A stretch of 58,574 bases of DNA, filler included, from Sphacelaria rigidula (GCA_964200075.2; 10 parts of 10 records of this genome joined end to end with filler, not necessarily neighbours in it), one strand, 5' to 3'. Shown: positions 12,261-26,300, counted from the whole stretch's first letter. Notes: generated from the sequence alone by a model not told the origin. Program-made: numbers and translations.

Positions 12261-13329
12261 CTACATCACCACCGGAGATATCTGACTTACCGCTTTGTTG
12301 TGCAGGGCACTAACGTCGAAGTTCTTGCGCATGAGCGAGAGGAAGTCGCGAACGGCAGCGTGCTCCCCGATGTTGAAAGGGGCAGCAACGTGGATGGGAA
12401 ACGCCTTCACGAAACTAAGCGCCAAGTATCGTTCGAAATAATTGACTACTCCGTGCCGCTTCCAGTGTGTTCTCGAACTCGATCGCCCTACACAGCACAG
12501 AAAATAGCGAGACGATGAAACCGCGTTTGCATTAGTCGGGAGCCGCACACATCACGGGATATGCAGTTAACGATTGAACCAGATGATTGTCGCATGCTCC
12601 ACGCCATGAAAACCCAACAAAGCGAGCCATCAGAACAGAGCAAGCACACGAGCCTCAGCCAGGCTAGTATGGTGTGGGTACAAACTGAACGAAAACGAAC
12701 AACTACAGTAAAGCACCGACTGACACTTCCTCTAGGCGCGAGAAACAATCAAACGGGAAGAGGTGTCACACTCACTTTTCGTCTGCAGCTTGTGTCCGGG
12801 AGCTCTTGATGTTGTGCTGCTTGTCCAAATGGGTCGTAGCACTCGACGTTTGCTTACTCGTGATTTTTATCATCGTTCTTTCGTTGCGACAATCTTCATC
12901 TGCTTGGCAAGAAAAAAACTGCTCCCTCTCGACCGGCTTCCCCTTCTCGTCGTAGCTCCACTCCTCTTCCGGCTTTGTGTCCAACCGCACGCCCCAAAAA
13001 TGAATGACGCTAGGGCTTCGTGCGTTTGGGCGTGCGACGTAGCGGCCTTCTGCAGGGATGTAGTTGTTGATTGCCGTCTTTACTGCGATCGGTACGTTTT
13101 CCGGAAATTTCAACTGTTTGGACTTGCTTTTGGAACGACGTCCGCTGCACGAGTTCCGAAGATCAAATATGGGGGCAAGGGTGGCAGGCTGGGCTGCGCC
13201 TGGAGCCGAGGACGGTCTCTGCTCCACGTTGTCGCTCATGGGGAGGATACCGTTGTCGCTCATGGGGAGGATGAAAAATGTAGTCGAACTGCGGTGCTCC
13301 TGCGCTGTGTGCTTGGTGGGGGTTGGCAC
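12261..13329 (-). pseudogene. hAT-like transposase N-terminal remnant (BED-finger-like exon, intron, second exon)
   Basis: Exon 1 encodes FSCQADEDC...KQTSSATTHLDKQH (C2H2 BED-like). GTGAGT donor at 12775 and TAG acceptor at 12490-12488. Exon 2 encodes LALSFVKAFPIHVAAPFNIGEHAAVRDFLSLM, resembling the hAT 'PF..vE...f..f' segment, but needs a frameshift. No catalytic domain is visible. Confidence 0.6.
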
Positions 13330-13861
13330 GTGTTCAGGTCGTCAAAAATGTAACTCCATTTTTCTGCAGACATGGCATGTGTTGACATGCCCTGGGCGAA
13401 GGACGACGTGCTCCATCGTTTTCCTTTCGTGCCCTTGTATATACTGACATTACAGAGGACGAGAAAACTTATTTGAGGCTATGAACCTGTGGGTAATGAT
13501 CCGAACATGTGCATACTATCGGCACGCGCCCTGTCGGACGCTGTCTGTAGAATCAAATATGATCCTGCATGTCGGGCCTTTTTCTGCTCCTTTATTTTCT
13601 TGAACGAGTGTTGTAGTTTCGCTTTTCTTGGGTACGTCTATCATGCGACCATGGCTTGACCCATGGGTTACTGCGGGCTGACATAATAATATATATTCTT
13701 TCGTATCCACGGCATATGGTGCTGATGAATGAGGTGTTGAGCGCCGGAATGCAGTGTTGGCTAGACCTGACATGGCCCACCCCAAGAATATACCCAAGAG
13801 AATAGGTGAACATATTTTGTGGGGAGCAGTGTTGTCTGCCCTCGAATTGTAGGAAAACGAT

Positions 13862-14275
13862 ATGGGCACATGTACATATTTTTTACTCCCAGGGCGCGAT
13901 GTTCACATCCAAAGGTTGTACACAAGAGGATAGATGGATATCCATTGCGAGGAGCATTTTTGTCTGCCGTCGATGGGCACATACATGTACATATTATTGA
14001 CTTCCAGGGCGCAATGTTCACATCCAAAGATTGTACACAAGATGATAGATGGGTATCGATTGCGGGGAGCATTTTTGTCTGCCGTCAATGGGCACATGTA
14101 CATATTTTTGACACCCAGGGCGCAATGTTCACATCCAAAGATTGTACACAAGATGATAGATGGGTATCGATTGCGGGGAGCACTTATTTCTGCCGTCGAT
14201 GGGCACATGTACATATTATTGACACCCAGGGCGCAATGTTCACATCCAAAGAATCTACACAAGAAGGTGTATCGA
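13862..14275. repeat. Minisatellite, about 111-bp unit, about 3.7 copies
   Basis: Units start at about 13862, 13973, 14088 and 14199: ATGGGCACATGTACATATT...CCCAGGGCGCAATGTTCACATCCAAAGATTGTACACAAGA... Confidence 0.92.
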
Positions 14276-17200
14276 TATCTATTGTGGAGAACAATGACTG
14301 CAACATATATTTGGCCGTATCCATTACTGGAAACAATGTACTGGGTGATGTTCTCATCGATATATATCTTTACTGGCAATGATGTGTGAAATATTACACC
14401 GATGGGCACTGGTCGGTAACGATATATTTTGGTTCATGCCACCGATACACATCGTGCATGGAAATGGACAACGACAGGTTCATGTCAATACACATGGTCC
14501 TTCGCCATAGATTCCGCAAAATTTCATCGACATAAATGGTCAGTAACAATGAATTTTCGAAACGTTCCATCGATATACATGGTCACCAGCAATGGATTTT
14601 TATTTCTTGTGTCCATACACACGGTCAGGGCAATGGACGGAGAAATTTCATCGTTGATAGCCATTGCGATTGAGAATATACTCGTTTATTACGGTGAATT
14701 CTATTGCTACAGCAATAGATGTCTTCTATTGTCCAGGGTGTGGTAGGTTTGTGTTGGTGTGGTTCCTGGTCATGTTTGTGTTGCTGTTTGCGCATGAAGC
14801 ATGGCGGTTGAGCGAGTATGATCATAACGCGTGTGCTGGAAAAATGCTAGTATACACGCGGATGTTCGGTATCTGTGTGTTGTACTATTCCTGTTAGCAC
14901 GCATGATACAAGATGGTTTCTGCGGAGAAGATGACATTGTATATGCTGAGTGAAATAGTTGCATACATGTGTGGATTTCATGCTCGGATGTTTCTGGTGT
15001 GCATGGTGTCTGGTGAAGAGCCATGGTCAGGCAGTTTTCAATATACTGCTGTATGCTGGACAAGGTGAAGCTTGTACATTCAAGGTTTTCGTGAAATTGA
15101 GAGTTGGGTGCGGATTGGGAGTGGCTTTGATCATTCGCTTCGTCTTGGCTAACTTTTCACTCCGTGTGTGCTTTTCTTCGTCTTATCACTGCCGTGTGCT
15201 TACAGCTACACGTTGATATCCTACTCAGGGGTATCGAGGGCCTCAGTGGCAAGCTACTACAGAGAGAATANNNNNNNNNNCTGGTGGAGGTGCATTTCGG
15301 AACTGAAACGACTTATTCACTAATTGACTGTTTTTCACTCTCAATCACACCTTCAACTCTCAATTTTACGAAAACGTTGTTATTCCTGTTAGCAGAGACA
15401 CTCGGCGACATCACCTTGGTGCGTTTTGCACGTATTGACTATAGGAAATAAATGTCGATTACTGCTGTTGCAGTGGAAATGAGCGGAAACTACGAAATGG
15501 GTAGGATCGCAGATGAACAGGCATAACGCGAGTGTTTGTAATTATCGAAGATTAAAAGTTGACGCGCATAAGCATAGATTTTCTTTGATCGTAGCACGTT
15601 TGTTTCCATGCAGTGTCACGTGTTTGGACGAGTGCGTGGATGGTTTTTCTCTTCTTTCTGCAAGCAGCATGCGGTTGGTGTGTTCATTTGTTCAAAAAGA
15701 GCAGTGCAGGTGGGCTGCGGGAGTGTTGATATATTCATTCGTATCGTACTTCTACATTGCGGTCGATACGCGAAGGGTATTTGACGGTCCAGAATCCGAG
15801 TAAGATATATCTAAGAGTTTCTTGGAGTGTACCCGATAACTCGCCTTCAAAAGTGATATCACTACGGGTGATGAGTGTTTTTATCGTTAACAACCGCGTT
15901 CGAGCAACAACTGCTGTTTTTGTGAAAGTAATGCCTCCAACTATCCCCCACCCAATTGTTGTAGGATGGCTCAAGTGTTGAACATACAAACATTGCATCT
16001 TGTATGTTGGAAGGTACCTTGCCTGGGATGAGAGACGCTTAGTCGCGAATGCTTTGGAACTTGATGTTAGCTAACCTTTAAGGTTGTGTGCCGATGAGGA
16101 GTCAAAAAACGTGTTCTAGACAAGTCATTGGGCATTTGGCGCTAGCTATTATATCGTATTGTGACTCGGCGTGGTACAAGTGGCGTCATTGCGTGTTCAT
16201 GATGGACGATATTTTGGGATCTCTTGCAAGTTGTTCGGAAATCGGACAATATAGAATGTAGCTGTTATCGAGAACAGCGACAGGGATTGTTTTTCTTCGT
16301 GGAAAACGATGGCGTTGCTCGGCAACAGCGACGTCTGAGTTTGCCAAGCTCTACTTTGACTACTTGTCGGTTATGGGTGAGCTTTGGAGATGCTGCAGAC
16401 TCCTGCTCTAATTACCACCTCCGTCAGGTACATGATGTAGGCGGAACAGTGAGTAGTAGACGTGTTTACAACTGGTTGATGGAACCAACACGTAGTAGGC
16501 GTGTTCACAGCTCGTTGGTGAATCATGGGTCTGCGGGTCTCTTCCGTCGACTCTGAGAGTGTTTCATTTCCATGTCATGTAAGGTTGGTTTTCATTCCGC
16601 GGGAGAGAGACTGGGATCCTGCTCTCCGATATAATGAACAGCTACGGGTCCATAAACGAACAGCGAGAGCTGCTCAAGTCTATGGGCCATGATGGGATGG
16701 ATCCACATAGCTTTCTGCTCTTAACGGAAGTCTATAGTCCACCGTCAGGGATCTCACGAGTATATCGCTGCGCGGGTTCATATGTTCTTGTCAAAGACGG
16801 ATTGAAGCAACCATAACCATATTGGTGAAAGATCGCACACCCAAGCATTCATCCTAGCTTTGCACAATGTTCCAGCCGCTGGAAGTTATGGACTTTGGAC
16901 ACACAACATTTTGGAGTGCCCCAACTGAATCCGGTGTTCACCGTGGGTGTTGTCCCGACACTACCGGATCTGCCAGTGGTTCGCATTTGTGGTCTGTTTT
17001 TGTGGCAATGATGTGGCGCTGGGTGAAATTCTGACTGGAAACTTCAGCGTTCGGCAGCCAACCCATGAAACAGTAGAGAGTTCATACGCTGATACCACTC
17101 TTGAAATATTGAACATTAGTCAAGCGCGACCAAGACAAAATATGGTGAGGAACCCAGTCCACAGGCGTCCCAGCGGAATGTGCCGCTTTCCGAGAAACGC

Positions 17201-17679
17201 ACATTTCAACCCTTTTGGGACTGGGTCTCCCAAACGACCTACGAGGCTGGTTAGGGATGGCGTGTCCTGCATATGCATGAAACAGTGGCTTTCTGTTGCT
17301 GAAAATCAAGGAATGTAAGGCTCAGATGAAGACCGTAAGTTTCATCCAACCTATTTTCAGGTACAAACTGTCTGTACTAAAGTTCGGGTGTTGTGTGCAT
17401 CAGGCAATGTACAGATGTATCAAGCAGTATCAATCGCAATGGAGAGCTTTCAACGGGATGTGGCAACCGCCGCCCGCCACTTGTGGCCTTGGACATTGTT
17501 CCCTNNNNNNNNNNNNNNNNNNNNNNNNNNNNNNNNNNNNNNNNNNNNTTAATTAATTAANNNNNNNNNNNNNNNNNNNNNNNNNNNNNNNNNNNNNNNN
17601 NNNNTTTCGATTTACGTGAAGATTTTGCCTCCCAAAACCATGCACTTTTGGGGGGGGGGGCTATCGTAGAAAGTGTCTT

Positions 17680-18310
17680 GTCTCATAGGTATGCGGCGTC
17701 TCTGCTTGGATGAATTTTGGTATTTTGCAATCAGACCTTCCCACGCATATTTGCCGTTCGGTTTCTCTGAACCCTTCGGCTGAAAACGCAGGAGGTAACT
17801 CGCCGCTGAACCAGTTGTCGGCAAAACCAAAGCGTTGAACACCTGTTCGTTACTCCGGTCCCAGCCTTCTATGTCACGCGTGCTCAAGATTTGTCTCAAA
17901 TGTAACGCCACGCTGGGATGATCAAACACTTCCCGCATAAATAGGAGGTTGGGCCTGATCATCAGTAGTTTCAGTATCACCCGCCAATGCTGTCGCCTCG
18001 CTCCTCGCGGTTGCCACCACCGATGGTGAAGAAGAACGAGCGGACAACTGCTGATGGCTTCTTGAACGGGTCGCAATGAAGATTGTGCTCGATGTTGATC
18101 TGGCAGCTGGTTGTGGCAGGTCTAGCTCGGAAAAAGCGTTATAATGAATTCCATGGGGCGTTCAACCCCGTTGAGAAGATCAGAAATCCCCGGATGAGAC
18201 AAGGAAACTATCGCGCGCGTAGAGCGCGTCCGCTCGACGAATTTCGTACCGTCGAACCTGTTGATATTCTTGATGAGCTGAGTTACAGATGGCTCTCCCG
18301 ATGTGTTCAT
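17680..18310 (-). pseudogene. Ty1/copia gag fragment, frameshifted and 3'-truncated
   Basis: Peptides MNTSGEPSVTQLIKNINRFDGTKFVE... and WDRSNEQVFNALVLPTTGSAASYLLRF...GKYAWEGLIAKYQ resemble copia Gag (FDG..f..W; A...W..L..kY). They lie just downstream of a PBS and LTR. Confidence 0.8.
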
Positions 18311-18494
18311 CTGCCTCAGGTTTTATTTGTAAACGCTTTTTCACACCTGCTGATCTTTTGACAATATCCGTTTCCTTGGTCTTCTGCCTGTCGCTGCTGG
18401 GACGACCTTAAAGTGACGTCTCCTCGCTCGTACTGACCGACGTAGTTTCGAGTCGAAGGCTGATGATCTCACGAACTACGTGGTCGCATATCGA

Positions 18495-18505
18495 GGCTCA
18501 CAACC
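18495..18505 (-). promoter_or_regulatory. Primer-binding site, half-tRNA-iMet (hemivirus) type
   Basis: Minus strand reads ...TTCCAACA|GGTTGTGAGCC directly after the LTR end, resembling the GGTTATG(G/A)GCCC PBS of copia/Ty5-type elements. Confidence 0.7.
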
Positions 18506-18934
18506 TGTTGGAAGCACTGGCTCGTGTTGTGTGGTACTGTCCTCGAGCCATACAGACTACCGTCGCGTGGAAAGTAGTGTGTGGTAGAGGTTGCACAGTT
18601 GTAGTAAACCACTTGCTTCTGCAGCAGACAGAAAGTAAAAAACGATAAATGGTGTCTGAGGCTCTTCACTTGGCCGTACAAAATCAAGCAGCCTCTGTTG
18701 CAAGCAGAGGGCTTGAGGAGACGAAGGAGAGTACTTGCAAGGGCGATAGAGACCACCGAATCCAAGCATACTCAATCTTGGAACAAAAAGCCAAAGTCGC
18801 TACAAGTACGTAGGATCAAATCATGTCATCTAATTTAACATTGCTACCGCTGACGCGGTAGCCTTGCCAGCTCTTTAGCTTAGATCAACTGCATTCTTGC
18901 GAACAAGATATCTTACAGCTTACGGGGCCTAACA
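18506..18934 (-). mobile_element. 5' LTR of Ty1/copia element (429 bp)
   Basis: TGTT...AACA termini, followed on the minus strand by PBS and gag. Its end resembles the LTR end at 54927 (TGTTGGAA..GCTCGTGTTG..GG.ACTGTC). Confidence 0.8.
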
Positions 18935-20131
18935 CTCTGCTAGAGTATCCAGCATTGACAAATCATGGCAGCACACGCCCTACTGTAGTATCCTACGTTC
19001 TCACGTGCTACAGGTGTAAATATATGTACATGAAAGATACGAATGAAATGGTACTACATGTAGTTTCGTTGACCTACCACAGGTTGTACCGCTTATCTTT
19101 GTTGCAATGACTTCATTCAAACGTAATGAATATGGTCTGTATGATCCAGATTTGCAACGTGGGCACCGCAGAGCCACCGTAATCAACGACCGATATGAGC
19201 AGACAAGATTCTTCGATTCGCGGCCCTCGACGCAGCAGCCTCTCGCTTGTGACGGTCGTCTGGTTCTTGTTCGCCCGCGCGTCGCCACGTGTCTTAAAAC
19301 GCATCCGCTCCTTTTTCGACTCAATTTGCCCATGTTTTTCGCCGCAGCGACCCAAACTTATGCATCGTTAACCTCTACACCGTAGACGAACCATTTCCGT
19401 CGGGCTCCTTTGGGCGAGACAGCCCCTAGTGCATGTGGGTTTTCCTGGAGGTTATCCACGCATTGCTTGGGGGGGCGGCCGGCCTTCTGTGGCCGTCGTG
19501 CGGTTAACCGACCGCTCATGACGCGCTTAAGAAGGCGTATTTCCTTCTACCGGACAAGGGCTTCCGCGAACCAGAGTTGACGTTAGCGGATAGTCGTCTT
19601 GGTATGTTCGCATTCGGTCATCTCGAGCACCGGTCTGTACGAAAGAGTCTTATAGTTTTTTCGATATTTTGTGTCGACGGACATTTTCGCATCCGCTGTT
19701 AGCTCCACCAAAGTAGATGAACAATAGGGACAACAGGTTGCCATACCCGAGTTGGGGGATGTATGAGAGATTAAACACCCGTAGAGATCTTCTTGGCACG
19801 CGGAGTGAAACAAATACCTCTGGCGGTGAGCTAACTGTTGCTGGCATGACCCATGTGGGGACTTCCACCCTATATTCTGAGTTTTCTGATGTACACCCGG
19901 TCGGTCGTGCTAAGCAGGGTGTGTGTGTCTGTTGCGAAGGCAAAGAACTGCCATGTGAGGACATCCTAAGCTGAGGCGATATGAGGATCTGGTTTCACCA
20001 GGAACAAGGGTGTTCTATGATCAACCCCTTACCGTTGCATTTGTTACCCCCACCGTCAAGCGCCGACCGCAAAGGCTCTGCCTGAGACTAGCTTTCAAGC
20101 ACCGTAGTCGGCGGTACGTCAAACAAAGCCG

Positions 20132-20623
20132 GACTGCCCGTACAAGGACCGTAGGACCGAATGTTAAATTGTATAATTGTATGGTTTCGTTTTACTTTAT
20201 TCCGGGGAATTAAAACGGCCCTCAAAAGCTGCGGGAGGGCGCCTTCCCTGGTTAAAGTCAGTATGAAGAAACCGATGGCACAGGTTTTGCAAGCTGTATG
20301 GAACATTGCCGGGCACAGAGACTTTTCTTCGAATGAAACTCCGCGTTTTCCTACCTGTGAAGCGGTTTATCCGCCCAAATTTCTATTTCAAACTTGAGCC
20401 TGTCCATTTCAGTTCTGTTCTATACTGATCAATTTGTCCAGATTCCAGAATAGTTTGGTTCAACTGTTCGACAGCATTTTCGAACGTTTGACCAAACCCG
20501 GAGCGAGAACTTCCCCGCAGCTTTTGAGAGCCGTTTTGATTCTTATGGAATAAGATAAAAAAGAAAAGCGTTCAATCGTACAAGCATTGAAAAAATCGGT
20601 GCTACGGTGTTGTACAGGCAGTC
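20132..20623. mobile_element. Long-TIR MITE (about 490 bp, about 105-bp imperfect TIRs; MULE-like)
   Basis: GACTGCCCGTACAAGGACCGTAGGACCGA...AAAACGGCCCTCAAAAGCTGCGGG is mirrored by CCCGCAGCTTTTGAGAGCCGTTTT...TCGGTGCTACGGTGTTGTACAGGCAGTC. No clear TSD. Confidence 0.75.
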
Positions 20624-23300
20624 AGTACAAGCAGAGCAACGGAAGCTTTGTCCGGCCTTGTTTGACCTACTGCCGACTACGGTGCCTGAAAGTTATTCTG
20701 AGACAAGATCTTTGGTGTCGGCGCTTGACGGCGTGGGGTACAAATGCAACGGCAAGTGGTCGATCATAGGACACCCTTGTTCCTGGCGAAACTATATCCC
20801 CTATTTCGCCTCAGCTTATGATGTCCTCACATGTCAATGCAAGTCTGCTTTACGTTGTCAGAGTCGGTTGCAACCCGCCACTACACTCGCCAACTCTCGT
20901 CCGACTTTGAGATCCATCAAAGCATACGTCTTGCAATGCTACAGATATACACCGGACCTTAAGAGCGCACTATCAAAACTCCGCATGCTGAGTTGCAGTT
21001 GTCAAGGAATCAAGTAGGGTTGTTGTCGAGTCATCCTGTAGCAGCTACGGCATCTGGCAGTTACGACGGGTTCGCATCGGTAGTCCGGCGCAACAATGGG
21101 GGGGGGGGCGAGGCAAAGGGCGATCCCACACCGACTCATGCTACCAGCCATTTGCTGGCTGGCTTCCTTGTTTGCTGGCTTCTACTACCCTGGCACCACT
21201 GGCTATACTGAGCTAGAGAGCTACTCATAGGAGTAATATATGCTACCAGCACGTGAGTCTTTCATCCTCCCAGCAGTAACATAATGAACCTGCGTAACTC
21301 ATAAGGGTTTGTGTAAATTTGTACGAAGAGAGAAACATAGGTTTTGCGCAGTGTGCCCTTGTGGGAGCTTGGTTTGCTGGAATCATGGTATCTTCTGGCA
21401 GCTGCACTCAGAGACCCCGGCTTCATTGCTATCTCCTTTGTTATCTCTATATTTATAACATAAATGCCCCCGCATGCGATGATTTTCGTCACATCTCCCG
21501 TATACGGGGGATTTAGATGCATCCCCCGTGCTTTTACGGCACTTCCTGTCGTTCGTCCCATGGGCCTCGCATGGGCACATAACCACCCGGAATTATCTCC
21601 CAGAGTCCCTAGCCATCGTCCAAGTCGTCGCATGGTGCGAACGACTTTGTGGTGGACGAGAAACACCAGTGTATTCGTGAGATCAGGAAATCGAAACTTC
21701 GCATATGGCCGCCCATCAACTTCAGGCTAGTAGCACTGGGTCTGAGTGATGCCGCGCTATGTCAGAAGTTTAAGAAATGTGAGTCTCGAATATACATAGT
21801 CGGGATTAGCGGGAAAACCAGTAACGTTTCATCGTTACAACAAGGATCGTAGGAATAACAGAAGTAGTGAGAGATTCGTCGTAGAATACTGAATAGTTCA
21901 TGTATGTACTGTATAGCTCGTATACAGAGAGTCAGCATATTGTCAGAATATTGAAGGGTTGAGTACCAAGAGTCTAAGGTATGGACAGTTAGTTCGGATG
22001 GACAGTTTTATAGTGTCCAAGAGTTTTATTGACAGAGTGAAATAGCCCCACGCTATTTACTCTCCAAAGCGACCCACCTCAAGCAAGCCTATCAGCTTGT
22101 TATTGGTTTCTGCGTTGATAAGGAATCAAGTGTTTTATGTGTTTAATTTGAGTAATGCCCAGATGAAGCGGCAAGTTCAAGCATCCTCTCTCTCGCACAA
22201 ACAAGTGTTTAACCAACACTGTGCTGCCTCTACGAGCTCTCTTGTTAGAGCTGGGTTCACAAGTTGAACCGATTGTTCCTGTCTACTGACAGATGAACAC
22301 TGTGTATTTTATACACAAGCCACGACAGCCAATTATATTTCAACAGGTCATTCTCCTCGTTTACAGGTACTGTAACAGGTTGATCAGCCTCGCGTAACAC
22401 GCTAGCCCCACGCAGAAAAATGGCTAGTTCGAGGGGGCCAAATCTTCTCGTAAACCAAGTAGTTGACAAAATTCCAGCACACCGAGCGGCTGGGAACTCT
22501 CATGCTTGGGATTGGTTCTTCATTGTCGCCCATATTAGGGGCTCCATAAAGCCTGAAACTAGCATTTACATGGTGCGTGGGCCTCTTCTTTGTGACACGT
22601 TCGGGGCTGGTTGGGAGGGGAGTGGCTATCGTGGCATCACTCGTCTACCAAGACTTTCATTGAAGACATCAGTTATTTCCAGTGAAAGCTTGCGAACAGA
22701 AGAGAGTGAGAAATATTGTACTTCCAACGGCGATCGGGGTAAACGGCGGTGCCAAACCAAGAGAGAGAAAAGGTAATATCATCTCTCTTTGTATCTTATA
22801 CTAGAGGCCTCTGTGTGCTGTCATCAGTCAGCATTGGGGCTAGGGGTGCAAGGAGCAAGGGGCCTTACAGACTGGAATACGTTATTCACCGCCCCCGATT
22901 CCCGAAAACCTCATTATGGGCGACGGGGGGGGTACCTCATTTTGAAGGAGTAGGCACCCCCTCTATCAGATGGATAATGACAATAGTAGGTACTGTACCG
23001 TACAGCACGTGCATGAACAGCTTTTCCCGCGGCTTGTGCCAGGCCTGTGTGCAAGTTGTGTATGCTACGGCTACACGGTAGGTGGTCTGAGTACGTCGAT
23101 CCTTGGCTGATTAACGTCTAGGCAAGTCGAGAAGATGTCCGCAGATTCAGGTAGTGGAAATGAAAGCGCTGGGGGTACAGGCGCTGGAAGTGTGCCACAG
23201 GTGCCACAAGGGTTAGAAGGGGTGAACCGAGGGGCCCCATATCGGGAAATCCATGCACCACCCCCTATTTCGCCGCACAAACCTCATTTTGGGATTGAAG

Positions 23301-23372
23301 GAGGGGGGGGGTGTACTCATGATCACGCATCCCACAGTCATCAGACCATTGACCTCGCATCCCTACAAAGCC
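23301..23372 (+). repeat. G-run-anchored dispersed repeat (other copies at 29341-29420 and about 30330-30520, minus strand)
   Basis: (G)n-TGTACTCATGAT...GACCTCGCATCCCT(A/G)CAAAG(C/T)C occurs in three copies on two contigs. Confidence 0.8.
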
Positions 23373-26300
23373 NNNNNNNNNNNNNNNNNNNNNNNNNNNN
23401 NNNNNNNNNNNNNNNNTTAATTAATTAANNNNNNNNNNNNNNNNNNNNNNNNNNNNNNNNNNNNNNNNNNNNATGAGATATTGCTCTGCCAGGTTAAATC
23501 CATTTCTGGGCTGGCCCAGCTCGTAGCTTTTTCGAGCGAAACGAGCGGTGGAATGAACGAAAGGGGACGTAGCTCCTGTGTTGCAGACAACCGTGCCAGA
23601 TACTACCCTTTCACAGAATTACGCAAAACCCATATGGTTCATTCGCTGCTACCTACTCAACCCTGCGGCACAGATCACGAACTGAGCACAGGGATACAGA
23701 CACTGCAGTGATCGGAAACCGACACCACCACACTTCTAGCATGATGTGTTTCTTCTTGTTGGCGAAAACTTGAGCATCTAATTTTGTGGCAGGGTCCACC
23801 GACGGAGTTACGTATTGGGGGGGGGGGGGGGTTACGTGTTGGGGTGGGCGATCGAATTGTCAACGCGCTCACGGACTGTAGAGGCGGTGCAAAACTGCTC
23901 GTGGTTCGAGTCTGCTTCGCATGCTCCTGTATGCAGACTCAGAAACCTGTGCTGTCTGTATGTCGCCTTGCCCGCTTCTTTTCCACATCGCGCTTGCAAT
24001 CTGTGCGAAAGACACACACACTATCTAGATAGTACAGGTCGCTACTGTTGTTTTACAGTCTGTACTGTCTTTATGAGCTGGGCCAGCCTAAAAACGGATT
24101 CAAGCTTCCAAAGCAATGTCCCAACGACACAGACGAGTTGGACCGTGATCAACATATCGGTTCAACCCTTTTGGAACCCTCCCCTCCTGTCCCCGGGCCA
24201 AACGCCTCACTATGAGAAACCCTTACGAAGAGGAAAAAGTAAGAGCAGGAAAGGCGAGAGCAACCATCAGCACACGCGGCGCGTGCAGGAAAAATGTCCT
24301 CCCTGGAGAGGTCGGGTGAGGTTTGTCCAATCATACCATGCAACGGATGAAGTGTGTCCAATTGTATCCATCGACAATAATTAGCGAAAACACTATGTAA
24401 CATTTCATTAGAAAAACAGCGATGGCTTCCGGGGTCTGGTACGGCACATCGGTGAAAAGGAAACCTTTTGTTCCACTGGTCACTCGCACCAGTCTGAAAA
24501 ATACGCTTCGGGTGTATGTTGTTGAGTCTGAGCTGTAAACCATTAACCATATCTTGCTCAAAACCGAAAATAGCAAATTATCAATTTTCCGTTGTGAGTT
24601 CCAAACGTCTAATCGAGGCGAATGTGCCCGCCCATCTGCTCAAAAATCTGGGCCAATATTTTCTCGTTGATCAATCCCCATCTCTAGTAGTTCCTAAACC
24701 GTATGGAGATAGCGCCCAGACTGAAATCTGTATGCAGCCCAGAACAATGCATTCAGCGGATGATGATGATTTTTGGTGTGGACCTTCCCTGGAGCACGAG
24801 GAGACGATATATACCCTCACCTTTACCTCATTTGTTGTCTCGAGATGAGGCGCACATAAGGTTCCATAGTAAAATCAATATATTACGAGCAGAGGCACTA
24901 GATGCCCTAAATCTGAATATCGCGTGTCGGTTTTCGAGAGTTGTGCTATGTGATTTCGGATGAAGAACCGCTAGTGCACAATGGAATTATAAAAAACATT
25001 TCTTTAGTTTTTTCTAATTTTTTTTCGGGTTTTCAGGGGAGTATGGAGGAGATACGGACATTGCTCTTGGGCCGTTTCTCATTTTTCAGCTCAATTTTTG
25101 GAATTGTGATTTGAAACTTAGCATGGAGAAGGACAGAAATATGCTGAAAAAAAATGGGCTTTCACCTTTTATTTTTTAAAAGAGGTTCGGGCGTTCTCTT
25201 GAAAAAATGGTCGTTACCACTAGAACGCCCTAAACCAGCGAAAAAAATGAACCAGCTTTTTTTTTTTGGTTCACGACCTAGCGAAGTCCCGCACAAAGGT
25301 TTCAAAACACGAACACCAACCGTGTGCCGGTACACGGCCTGCATAATACTGTTTTGATTCTCCACCCGCCCAATTTTCAGAAGACGATATCGCAAGTGTT
25401 CACCTAGACTTGAGAACTGAATTTCGGTATAAACGATCAACAGAGCACAGTTTTTTTTTTGTTCCATGAGTTGAGGGCAATAATCAGTTTCAGGATTCAA
25501 GTAAAGTTCCCGCAAATCACTACAAATAATAATGGGACCCGACACAAATCTTGTTTCCGTGTCCTGCTCATCGTCCATACCAATTTTCACTGTCCAACTC
25601 TAACTGGAAAATTGGAATTCGCTTGCAGACTACAAGTCCGCTTCTGGGCTGGCCCAACTCGTACTGTACATTCTATTGATAAAAGGAAAGTAAAGAACCG
25701 CTTCACGAATTCCACGTAGCCTTGTCGATTCCAAGCGTGCAAATCCACTCGGACCCAAACATAGCAAAGCGAACTGAATCAGTTCCGCCGCACGAACTCG
25801 TTCGAGTCGAAGAAAATTTGATGAGACACGGCCCGAGTGACAGAATGAAAGTGGGTGAAAAGAGTGCACTACTATTGGTTGTCAGGTCGCCGCGGATTCA
25901 TATGCCAGCCGAACCGCGTGCCCCTTGAGCACGGTAGAATCGAGATACGATACAAGTGGCGGTGTTTTGCTGTTGGATACGGCGTGAGCTGTCTTTAGCC
26001 ACAAAGTGCTGCAAAAGCCGACCAAAAGGTCAACAGAATATCCGGCGCATCCAGTACCTTCGATACCCCCCCCTCCCCCCTGGCGTGTACCCGGTTCTTC
26101 TGTTCATCTTCCCTTCGCCGGTAGCGATCTCTGGCGGTCAGCCCGTTTTGATGGGGACCGGATCTGGAAATGAGAAAGACTCGCCGCTGGAGGTTTTAGG
26201 ATTTTCGAAGGTGATCGAGAGTGCCCCTGGAGGTGTGGAGGCCCCACTTCACCATGAAAACTGGAGATTTGTCACATCTTCGGCCAGGTGTTCGTTGATT

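Noticed and set aside
21760..22218. Solo LTR (TGTCAG...CCAACA)
   Set aside because: The termini are weakly complementary, with no TSD, PBS or PPT.
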